Shown here in pieces: positions 36,854 to 45,800 of a DNA stretch of 64,000 bases. The DNA is from Bacteroidota bacterium (GTDB taxonomy: Bacteria; Bacteroidota; Bacteroidia; 2-12-FULL-35-15), in assembly GCA_947469885.1 (NCBI GenBank), contig CANIQT010000016.1, forward strand, positions 19,213 through 83,212, written 5' to 3'. Each line of letters starts with the position of its first letter. The stretch's first letter is position 1. Below the pieces are notes generated by a model that worked only from the letters and a program-made list of their open reading frames with translations, did not search any database and was not told the origin of the DNA. The translations under genes were made by a program, and so were the position numbers.

Positions 36854-37339
36854 TTAATCTTCCGGGTCGGTATAACCTACCAGCATCACAATACAACCTT
36901 TGTGAACTTTACCATCTTTCGATTTTGGTATTTCGTATTCTATAAAATAATTGCCCGATTTAGCAGGTTCAAACGACCAAAAATCGCTGTCAATTCCAGC
37001 AGAATTATCAAATAATTTATGACGATTGTTTTTTATTTTATTGCTTTTGTCAAAAATGTTCATGGTTATTGCTTCATCAAACCCAGACGAACAAAACACC
37101 ACTTTATATTTCTGCCCCTGAAAAGCGGTAAACTGCACTTCCACTTCGTGCTGCTTGGCATCAAACGTAAATTCGTTAACAGCATAACTGTCGTACCTAA
37201 AAGGCTTTTTAATATTAGCTTTACAGCCCGAAGCTATTTGTTTTGCTTTGCAAGGTGCTTGCGCGAATGCAGAAGCAGTTATAAACAAGGAAAGGCTAAA
37301 AGTTACAGCCAGTGTAAGGATTTGTTTTGTGTTTTTCAT
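36854..37339 (-). CDS. Secreted hypothetical protein, paralogue A
   Basis: It has a signal peptide (..ASAFAQA). Its layout is shared with 37349-37837 (C..K..F(R/K)YDS..., EVEV, QKYK/EKYR(V/M)VF, GC(I/V)V(M/F)(L/M)VGY). Confidence 0.5.
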   Translation of the reverse strand: MKNTKQILTLAVTFSLSLFITASAFAQAPCKAKQIASGCKANIKKPFRYDSYAVNEFTFDAKQHEVEVQFTAFQGQKYKVVFCSSGFDEAITMNIFDKSNKIKNNRHKLFDNSAGIDSDFWSFEPAKSGNYFIEYEIPKSKDGKVHKGCIVMLVGYTDPED

Positions 37340-37348
37340 ATTTCTTTT

Positions 37349-37837
37349 TTATTTATAACCTACCATAAATACTACACAACCAGATAGTTTAGGATTTGAC
37401 CCGTCAATCGGCACATCATAATCAATAAACATATTGCGGATATGTGGTGCATCAAAAACAAATTCTTTTGTTCCTTCGGGAGCATCTTTGGTGGTAAATA
37501 TTGGCTCTCTTTTTTTAGCTTCTTTGCTTTTTGTATAAACATTTATTACCACATTTTTTGGCAAATACGAAGTGTTAAAAACCATACGGTATTTTTCTCC
37601 TAAAAACACAGGCACTTCCACTTCCAATTTCTGGTCGCGCTCCTGAAAATTTATTTTCGAAAACTTTTGGCTGTCGTATTTAAATTCATCCAGTTTCTTT
37701 TTGCAACTGGCAGTTAGATTTTTTTTATCACAACTGTCCATTGTTTGAGTGGTGGTAAATCCGTAAGTAATAACCAAACCAGCTATCAAACTTATAAAAA
37801 CTATTTTTTTCATACCTATAAATTTTAATTCTGTCAA
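37349..37837 (-). CDS. Secreted hypothetical protein, paralogue B
   Basis: See paralogue A. It is a tandem duplicate with a 9-nt spacer. Confidence 0.5.
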   Translation of the reverse strand: MTELKFIGMKKIVFISLIAGLVITYGFTTTQTMDSCDKKNLTASCKKKLDEFKYDSQKFSKINFQERDQKLEVEVPVFLGEKYRMVFNTSYLPKNVVINVYTKSKEAKKREPIFTTKDAPEGTKEFVFDAPHIRNMFIDYDVPIDGSNPKLSGCVVFMVGYK

Positions 37838-37846
37838 TTCTATATT

Positions 37847-38722
37847 CTATCCGTTTACAAATTTAGCACGCAATTCTTCAATTTTTTTAGTCAATTGCGA
37901 TAATTCTTCTTCCGTAAAACTCATCGGTTTGTCAGAGTCAGGATTATTATTTTTTACCGATGGCATTGCTTCATAAATATCTTTTATCGAATTCATGTCA
38001 GCAATCAAACCTGTAATGGCAGGGTCTTTTTTCTCCACTGCTTTCAGGGCATTTACAATGCTTCCCAAAATATTCATTTGCTCAGCAAGTTTGGTGTTCA
38101 ATCCTTTTTCTTTTCCTTTTTCATATACTTTCGAACCAACATACATACTCTCTGTCCAAGCTCCTGCAAACACAATAGAGGTAGTTTGTTGTTGGTCGTT
38201 TTCGTCCAAATACATGTCGGTTACCATTTGTAATTCAGCAATAATGTAGGCCAACGAATCTTCGTTTCCAAGATTTTTTTCGAAACGTTTAGTCAGATTC
38301 GATTCGTCAAACACTGAACCCATACCAAGGTTATCAGCCAATGCACGGCAAAGTTTCATATAACGCATTGCTTCTTGGCTTTGTTTGTTCAACACACAGT
38401 ACGACAAATCGGCACTGTAAACACCAAGGTTAAGCGATTTGTTAAGGTTGGTGGTATATTTAGATGGGTCTTTCACCTGGCTTGTCAAATCCGCTTTATA
38501 CTTCATCCCCGATTTTTTGAAGATGGAAGCGATTTGCAAAGGAGAAGGTAATGAATACGATGTTTCAGACACTTCTTCTGTTGCTGCCGAATCTGTTTTT
38601 ACCACTTCGGTGGTTGCAGCCTCTTCTTTGGGTGCTTCACCATTGCCACAAGCTACAAATAACATTGCCGATGCAACGAATAATGTACTTTTTATTACTA
38701 GTAAATTTTTAGTTGAAAACAT
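37847..38722 (-). CDS. Hypothetical lipoprotein
   Basis: It has the lipobox LFVACGN followed by an acidic low-complexity linker and a helical body. Confidence 0.5.
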   Translation of the reverse strand: MFSTKNLLVIKSTLFVASAMLFVACGNGEAPKEEAATTEVVKTDSAATEEVSETSYSLPSPLQIASIFKKSGMKYKADLTSQVKDPSKYTTNLNKSLNLGVYSADLSYCVLNKQSQEAMRYMKLCRALADNLGMGSVFDESNLTKRFEKNLGNEDSLAYIIAELQMVTDMYLDENDQQQTTSIVFAGAWTESMYVGSKVYEKGKEKGLNTKLAEQMNILGSIVNALKAVEKKDPAITGLIADMNSIKDIYEAMPSVKNNNPDSDKPMSFTEEELSQLTKKIEELRAKFVNG

Positions 38723-38830
38723 ATTTTTTTTGTTTAATTAATTATTTATAACAATTGTTTAAAAATTTTCAAGGGCTAAACTACAAAAAATAATTAATCC
38801 ACAACACTTTCGTTTGATTATTTTATTTTC

Positions 38831-40099
38831 CTACTTATTAAAATGGGTTTGTTTGTTATTAATAATTCCAACCACCTTTCCTGTAAATTTTGTGCCAATG
38901 AAAGGTGTATTTATTGATTTGGAAAAAATATGCTTTCTCTCAAACGTCCATTCAACAAAAGGATTAAACAGGGTCATGTTTGCCTCCTCCCCTTCTTCAA
39001 TTTTTAGTGGCTGAAGCTTTAAAATACTTCTTGGATGAGATGAAATGGCATCAATTATAGCCTCCAATTTTATTTTTCCTTTATTCGAATTTATTAGCCC
39101 AAAACAAGTTTCTAACCCAATCATTCCATTTGAGGCATTATCAAACTCCAAATTTTTTGATTCCATATCTTGTGGTCGATGGTCGGAAGTGATGCAATCT
39201 ATGGTTCCATCAGCAATTCCTTTTCGTATTGCTTCTATATCTGTTTTGGTCCGCAGTGGTGGATTTAATTTATAATTACTATCAAACTCCATTAAGGCTG
39301 AATCATCTATTGATATATTATATGCATTAGCCGATGATGTTACCCTCATTCCTTTTGCTTTTGCTTGTCTTATTAGTTCTACAGATTTTTGTGTAGAAAC
39401 ATTAGCAATGTGAATTGGTGCGTTGGTATATTCTGCAAGAAATATATTTCTGTTCACCATTACTTCTTCTGCCAAAGCAGGTATTCCCATTAACCCAAGC
39501 TTTGTGGAAGTTTCACCTTCATTTATTTTACCATCCTGAGATATTGATTTTTCATCACAATGAGTGATTATTAATCCACCAAAGTTTTGTGCATACAATA
39601 AAGCACGCATTAACAAACCTGCATTGCCAACCGATTTTTTATCATCCGAAAAAGCTATTGCACCTGCTTGTTGCATATCGTACATTTCAGAAATATCGAC
39701 TCCTTCCTGACGATAAGATAATGTACCAATAGGATAAACATCAACTATTGAATTAGCAGTTTTGTTCTTTATATATTGTACTTCCGATTTTGAATGAATA
39801 GGTGGGTTGGTAGATGAAACGATTGCTACTCCAGTAAATCCACCTGCTGTGGCGGCTTTAATTCCCGTTTCCAAATCTTCCTTATGTTCAAACCCCGGGT
39901 CACAAAAGTTTACCTGCATATCCATCCAGCCGGTGGATAAATGAAGATTCTCAGCTTCAATAACCTTAACGTTTTTATCTGTATTAATTTTTGATTTGAT
40001 GGAAGTGATAATTCCATTTTCAATTAATACATCCATTGTTTTTCCATTATGCGAGGAATTGGAATCAATGATGATTGCGGATTTGATTAGAATGTTCAT
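38831..40099 (-). CDS. Dihydroorotase-like amidohydrolase lacking the N-terminal HxH metal motif
   Basis: It is collinear with class-I DHOase (AATAGGFTGV, IITHCDE, ITSDHRPQ). DMQVNFCDPG stands where DxHVHxRxPG is expected. Confidence 0.65.
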   Translation of the reverse strand: MNILIKSAIIIDSNSSHNGKTMDVLIENGIITSIKSKINTDKNVKVIEAENLHLSTGWMDMQVNFCDPGFEHKEDLETGIKAATAGGFTGVAIVSSTNPPIHSKSEVQYIKNKTANSIVDVYPIGTLSYRQEGVDISEMYDMQQAGAIAFSDDKKSVGNAGLLMRALLYAQNFGGLIITHCDEKSISQDGKINEGETSTKLGLMGIPALAEEVMVNRNIFLAEYTNAPIHIANVSTQKSVELIRQAKAKGMRVTSSANAYNISIDDSALMEFDSNYKLNPPLRTKTDIEAIRKGIADGTIDCITSDHRPQDMESKNLEFDNASNGMIGLETCFGLINSNKGKIKLEAIIDAISSHPRSILKLQPLKIEEGEEANMTLFNPFVEWTFERKHIFSKSINTPFIGTKFTGKVVGIINNKQTHFNK

Positions 40100-40124
40100 T
40101 GGTTCATTCGTTTATTAGTTCAAC

Positions 40125-40282
40125 GGTTACCAATAAACGAATCAAAACGAATTTACTAATACAGATGTATTTGCTTAATTGCATATTTTCGAATGTCAAG
40201 GTTAATTAGTAATTAATTATATTCATTAGTCATTAAGTTTTAAAATATTGGCAAATTAGTTTTGATTCGTTTATTGGTAACC
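40125..40282. repeat. 24-bp perfect inverted repeat flanking a 110-bp AT-rich segment
   Basis: ggttaccaataaacgaatcaaaac (40125-40148) is the exact reverse complement of gttttgattcgtttattggtaacc (40259-40282). Confidence 0.85.
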
Positions 40283-40286
40283 TACC

Positions 40287-42350
40287 TCAGCCTTTCATAA
40301 ATCTCAGTAACACCACTTCCACTCCTAAAAATAACAGCGCTAAAATAATACAAAGTTTCCAGAGTTTTTTACCTTGTTCTGCTTCGGTTAATGATTGCGT
40401 TAAACTTTGAGCGTTTGCTTCTATCACATTTATATTAGTAAGATTTTTTGTTTCCAATTGTTTTTTCAAATCATCTGCTGTTAAGCAATTCAAATCCGAT
40501 TCTTTTCTGTCAAAGTTAAACGAAAGCCCTGACACTAAATATTTATCAGCATATAAATTATAATTACCCGCATCTGTTATTTGATTGTGGGTAGAAATTT
40601 CCGTCTTCGAATCCATCACTTTATGCTCTGGTATAATATCAAACTTATTATCTGTTCCTTTAATATGAAATACATTTTCACCTGTCAATACATTCGAGGT
40701 TTCAATTGTTTGATCATTACCTACTGTATAAAATAAAGGTGAGGTGCTCTGACTATACATTCCTATCTTATATAATGTAGGAACAAATATAGCATGTTTT
40801 GCAAAGTTGGAAAAGTCAGAATTCAGGGATACTCCTGAAGTATAAAGTTTCCCTTTTCCTACATCATACTTGCTCAAAAAATTATCTCCGTTTTGTAGTT
40901 TCAATAAATACTCTTCATTACTTTGCGTTGTTTTGGAAATAATATAATGTGCGCTTACCTTTGGCAAATCAAGATTGGTAGCTGTAAATGTTTTTTTATC
41001 AAACACATCTTTATAAATTTGATTATCAATATTTATTTTATCAATCTTAGTGTTAACAGTGTCCAATCGTTCATAAAAATTTGATTTTGCAAAAGCAAAA
41101 AACTCTTTATAAGAATTCAAATCAATGTCTTTAGAGGGAAATACCAGCACGCTTCCTCCCGCATTCATAAAGCGATTCAGCTCCTGTGACAAACCGGATG
41201 AAATCGTTTTCAACTCATTCAGAATAATTAATTTGTTTTGTGAAAGTGTAGAATAATCCATTTTATTCTCCGCACTGTTTTTCAGAATGAATAAAGAATC
41301 ATTTCCAAATAGTTTGCTCAAATAAGGGCTTTCTGCATTTGTTCCCGAACCATTAATACAAAGCACCGGAATATTTTTTGCCACTTCAAAACTGAAATAA
41401 AACTTATCATCAAACGTTACCGGGTAGTCATTTATTTCCACCCGACATTGTTGTATTCCCGATTCTTTGGAAGCAAACGAAAGGATTACTTCCGTTTCTG
41501 CATCTTTATCTACCGTGAAACTTGCTGGCGTTTTCTGAACATTATTAACGAATAGCTTTATGGAATTATTCTCTACCGCTTTATCCGAAACATTTTTAAT
41601 TCTTACATGAAGTTTTTCCACCTGGTTAAACTGTCGAACAGGCGTTTCGAACCAGCATGTATCGATATATACATTGTTCTTTTCTGCGGCTGTTAAAGGA
41701 ATAAGGTTAAAGTTAACGCTTGTATCATTCTTTATATTATCAAGGTTTACAATGCTTTTCTGGAAATCAGAAATAATGTAGGAAGATTTTATTTTGTTAG
41801 TTGATTGTTGCAACACATCCATTTGCCGTGACATAATTTCAGAAAGACTGCGAGTTGCGGGACTTATTTTCACCTCATCCAGCAATTCTGCAAATTCCTC
41901 CTTATTAACCAACCGCTGATGCTTGCCTTCAAAGTCATTGGTAAGCAATTGAATTCTGTCGGTCGGCTTATATGCAGCCACAATTTCAAGTGCTCGTTTT
42001 TTAGCATCACCTAACAATGTTCCATTTTTATTCACAGCATCCATACTAAAGGAGTTATCAATAAATATACTTATGGTTTTATCACCAACAGATACTTTTT
42101 TGTTTTCTGAAGGAATGAAGGGTTGCGCAAAAGCCAACACAAGAAAAATAAGGGCAAGAATACGGGCCAAGAGAACCAGCAGGTTTTTGAGTTTCGATTT
42201 CGCCTGGGTTTCCTCTTTCACTTCTTTCAAAAAGCGAACATTACTGAAGTAAACCGTTTTGAATCTTCGGAAATTAAATAAATGAATAATGATTGGGATG
42301 GCTATTGCCGAAAGTGCAAAAAGAAATGCGGGATAGGTAAAGTTCATCAA
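40287..42350 (-). CDS. BatA-domain (N-terminal double-TM) protein
   Basis: N-terminal FLFALSAIAIPIIIHLFNFRRFKTVYFSNVRFL is followed by a second TM, a large extracytoplasmic body and a C-terminal TM. Confidence 0.65.
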   Translation of the reverse strand: MMNFTYPAFLFALSAIAIPIIIHLFNFRRFKTVYFSNVRFLKEVKEETQAKSKLKNLLVLLARILALIFLVLAFAQPFIPSENKKVSVGDKTISIFIDNSFSMDAVNKNGTLLGDAKKRALEIVAAYKPTDRIQLLTNDFEGKHQRLVNKEEFAELLDEVKISPATRSLSEIMSRQMDVLQQSTNKIKSSYIISDFQKSIVNLDNIKNDTSVNFNLIPLTAAEKNNVYIDTCWFETPVRQFNQVEKLHVRIKNVSDKAVENNSIKLFVNNVQKTPASFTVDKDAETEVILSFASKESGIQQCRVEINDYPVTFDDKFYFSFEVAKNIPVLCINGSGTNAESPYLSKLFGNDSLFILKNSAENKMDYSTLSQNKLIILNELKTISSGLSQELNRFMNAGGSVLVFPSKDIDLNSYKEFFAFAKSNFYERLDTVNTKIDKINIDNQIYKDVFDKKTFTATNLDLPKVSAHYIISKTTQSNEEYLLKLQNGDNFLSKYDVGKGKLYTSGVSLNSDFSNFAKHAIFVPTLYKIGMYSQSTSPLFYTVGNDQTIETSNVLTGENVFHIKGTDNKFDIIPEHKVMDSKTEISTHNQITDAGNYNLYADKYLVSGLSFNFDRKESDLNCLTADDLKKQLETKNLTNINVIEANAQSLTQSLTEAEQGKKLWKLCIILALLFLGVEVVLLRFMKG

Positions 42351-42424
42351 AGCCCAAAGATACTACTTTTTTCTATTGTCGTTAAATTTGATTTCCCTGA
42401 GGAAACAAAATTAAAGTATTTTAA

Positions 42425-42742
42425 CTAAAACTTATAGCATAAGTTATTTCGGTTTTTATGTTTCTTCGTTTTAATATGATTATTCTTTATTCCTTTCTTG
42501 CGAATAAAAAACAATTCGATTAAAGATTTAGAATGATGTTTATTTTTACTCTTATATATAGTGTGTTTTTCTTTTAACAAATCTCTATATTCTTCTTCCG
42601 CCAACTTCTGATATTTATGACAAGGACAATTAGGGTTCCTAGGGTCGTTCAAAGCATATTGTTGTTTGGTGGTATCTGTATTAATAATAGTTCCAAAAGA
42701 TATTTTTGAAATAAAAAGAAGTAGCAAAAAAATAAGGAGCAT
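42425..42742 (-). CDS. Small basic membrane-anchored hypothetical protein
   Basis: I trimmed it to the internal Met (MLLIFLLLLFISKI). It has a CPC motif and a Lys-rich tail. Confidence 0.3.
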   Translation of the reverse strand: MLLIFLLLLFISKISFGTIINTDTTKQQYALNDPRNPNCPCHKYQKLAEEEYRDLLKEKHTIYKSKNKHHSKSLIELFFIRKKGIKNNHIKTKKHKNRNNLCYKF

Positions 42743-42750
42743 ACTTCCTA

Positions 42751-42799
42751 CTCCGTCACCCCTCTCCTCATTTTCAAGGAGAGGGGCTGGGGGTGAGGT
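42751..42799. repeat. G/C-rich palindromic intergenic repeat, copy 2 (inverted)
   Basis: Sequence is ctccgtcaCCCCTCTCCtcattttcaaGGAGAGGGGctgggggtgaggt, 16 nt downstream of the alpha-2-macroglobulin stop. Confidence 0.8.
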
Positions 42800-42815
42800 T
42801 TTGGTGTTAATCATT

Positions 42816-45800
42816 TTAAATTTTAGCTTTCGAAATTTTAATTCTATCCATTCCGCTCCATGTTTTATACTCATTTGTATAATATAAGTATGCTGATGAA
42901 GCAGGTGCATCATATTCCCCCGGCATTTCTGCTTTCAAATCCAGGTTGATTTCTTTCACCGCATTTGGAGCCATGCAACGATAATATATTGCGATGTTGT
43001 TTCCTGCCACTTCATAATAATCAAACACTTTTTTCTCCTGCATTTCTTTTAACTGCCATGGCTGAACAGTAAATCCTGCCGGAATTCCAATGATTGCCAT
43101 CGTACTTGGAATACCTTTGTTTTCTCTATTGGTAAGTGTTGCACTCAAACGAACCGTTTCTCCGACATTCGCAGTTTTGCTCGACATTGTAGTTGTAAAA
43201 TTCACCGCACATTCTTTTGCACTTGAAGGCAAAGTAGTATTCCAGCTCACAGCAACGGAATAAGGCAACGGAGTTTTCACACCTATATATTTTACTTTCA
43301 AATTGTGTTGTCCGTCTCCGCTGATGTATTGCTCAATATTGTCAATCACAATGGCTTCCTTCTCCCCTGCTTTGTAAGATTTATCAACTACTTTTTTACC
43401 ATCCACATAAATGGCAATTGTTCCGTCTTCATTTGTTTTCTTGCTTGCTTTCGCATATTCTGTCAATGCTTTCAGGGCAAGAATAGTTCCTTGTGTATTT
43501 CCAAACTCACCATAACCACTGCGTGAGCCAACAATAAACTTCACTGCATTTGACATTGAATTTGCATTCCTGTTTCCTGATTTAATAATTGCCATCACAG
43601 CCAATGAAGTGGTTTCAATTGTCAAAGACTGTCCGGTAGAATAGGTAATAGAATGTTCAGCACCTGTCCAGCTTCCGTTCTTTTCCTGTTTGGTTAAAAG
43701 CAAATCTAATGCTTCATCTGCTTTTGCATTTTCTTTTAAATTATATGCCGAACAAGCCACTAATCCTAATACATAAGGGTCTTTGCTTTTCATTGCATAA
43801 TTATACGAAGATGTAAATTCTTTTTTAACATCAGTAAAACCTGCTTCCGACAGAGCATACACAATATAAGCATCTGTAATTTCTTTCCTTGCTCTTCCGA
43901 AATTATCCAATGCTTGAGCATTTCTTTTAAATCCACCATCCCCGTCTCTTCTGCTGAATAACCAATTGGCAGTACGTTCCATCATTTTTTTATCTACTTT
44001 TTCTCCTGCTCTCTCCATGTCATTAAACTGCATTAATCCATAGGCAGTCAATGCTTCATGTCCGGGATTAGAGCCAAACCACTCGTAACCCCTGTCTTTT
44101 GTTTCGAAAGTGATTAAGCGTTTGTATCCTTTATCCAGCAAATCTCCGGCACGGGAAAGTGTTTTATCATCTTTACTATCTGTGGATTTTAAATAATCGA
44201 GCACCATTGCATTTGGGTACGAACTCATGGAAGTCTGCTCAAAACAGCCATACGGCTCGCGAAGAATTCCTTCCACACCTTTCATCAAATCAGAAACAAC
44301 ATTTGGATAGGCTGTGAAACTTGCTTTCAACGAACCATTCACCACATTACTCATATCAAATGAATATTCTTTTTCTACTTCCTGACCTGAAAACGAAGCA
44401 TTAACAGGGAATCCTTTGGGTGCAATTTTTATTTTTTGAGTAAACGCATCTCCCAGTCCGCATGATTTAAAGCTAATGGTGAAATCACCATACCCTATTT
44501 TGTCAAGCACTTTATAATCTAGGTAAATTGTTTTTGCTTTGCCAGGCATAATGGTTTGTACTGATGGAACTTCAACCAGTGATTTTAATCCATTAGGAGA
44601 AGTAATGGTTATCACACCTCCCAAAGGCTTATCTGTATTATTTTTTAAGGTAAGTGGAATGGATACATTATCTTCAGTAGCTACTTCCACAGGTATTTTA
44701 GTCGACATTGCAAAAGGGAGTTGTGTAAAAATAGTTGCCTCTGCTCTGCCCACTGAACCATCACTTGCAACACCTTCCACAGTAGTGCGGAAAGAAGTAA
44801 TATCATCACTTGCATAAAATTCAACTGTTTTCATACCAGTTCTGTCCACTTCCACATTTGGATTCCAGTAAATGGTATTTCTGAAATCGGTTCGTGTTTC
44901 AACTGTTTCTTGTTTATCATAGACAGGAGCTGCAAATTGTCGTGCCCTGTAATACACAGGTGCAACAATAACTGCTTGTTGTTTTGCAAATTCATTTAAG
45001 TTCTTTTGATCGTCATCAGCAATTTCGAAATCTGCATCTCTGGCAAAACGTGCATTTCGGTTATCATTCACTTTTAAAAGTGGTTTCTTTTCATTTTTTT
45101 CAACTGCTTTTGTTTCGCTTTGCACCTGCATCGGATTAGCCATTACAACGTTTTGATTTGCTGCCACTGCTTCTTCTCCTTTTGCTTTTTTATCCTTTTT
45201 TCCTTCATGTCTTTGCATTACTCTTCGCGGCTCGTCAATTTTATCTACTGCCATTTTTCCCTCCTCCCGGGCAGCAATTTCAACGTTTTCAACCCTTGCA
45301 GCAGCCATCGGAATATTTGCCATTTCATCCATCTGCACTCTCCCTTCTGCTTTCCCCATGCCACCTGCTCCTCCACCATAGTAGCCATAGTAATTATAAT
45401 TGGCAGGATATAAATAATACACCTGGTTTTCTCCATAATTATTCACCGCCTGAACCGCTGATGTATAGGCATTTTTAGACATCGTAAGATTTAAAGGATT
45501 GCTTAAATCTAATTTATTAAAAATAAATTTTCCGTTTTCATCTGTTTCGTATTCTGCTCCTGCATTGATTTTTATTTTAGCACTTGGCAATGGTTTTCCG
45601 GTGGCAGCATCCATTATTATACCTGAAACAATAGCTCTTTCGGGTTGATAAGCAACAACGGGTAAGTTATCCCCTTGTAGTTTTTCCCAGGTAAATCTTC
45701 TCCAACCACTAGTCATTAATAAATAATCTAAGGCTAAATCAGCTTTTACTTCTTTCTTATCAAAATAAAAAGCAGGTTCTTCCACTTTGTCATTCAAGTC

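Noticed and set aside
36727-36945. 72-aa + strand ORF
   Set aside because: It runs through the palindromes and the bidirectional terminator, then into the antisense of the 36854-37339 gene. It looks like a spurious read-through frame.
42743-42913. N-terminal 57 codons of ORF 42425-42913
   Set aside because: This part overlaps the 3' end of the alpha-2-macroglobulin gene and reads through the G/C-rich palindromic repeat (..SPPAPLLENEERGDGVGS). I trimmed the ORF to the internal Met at 42742.
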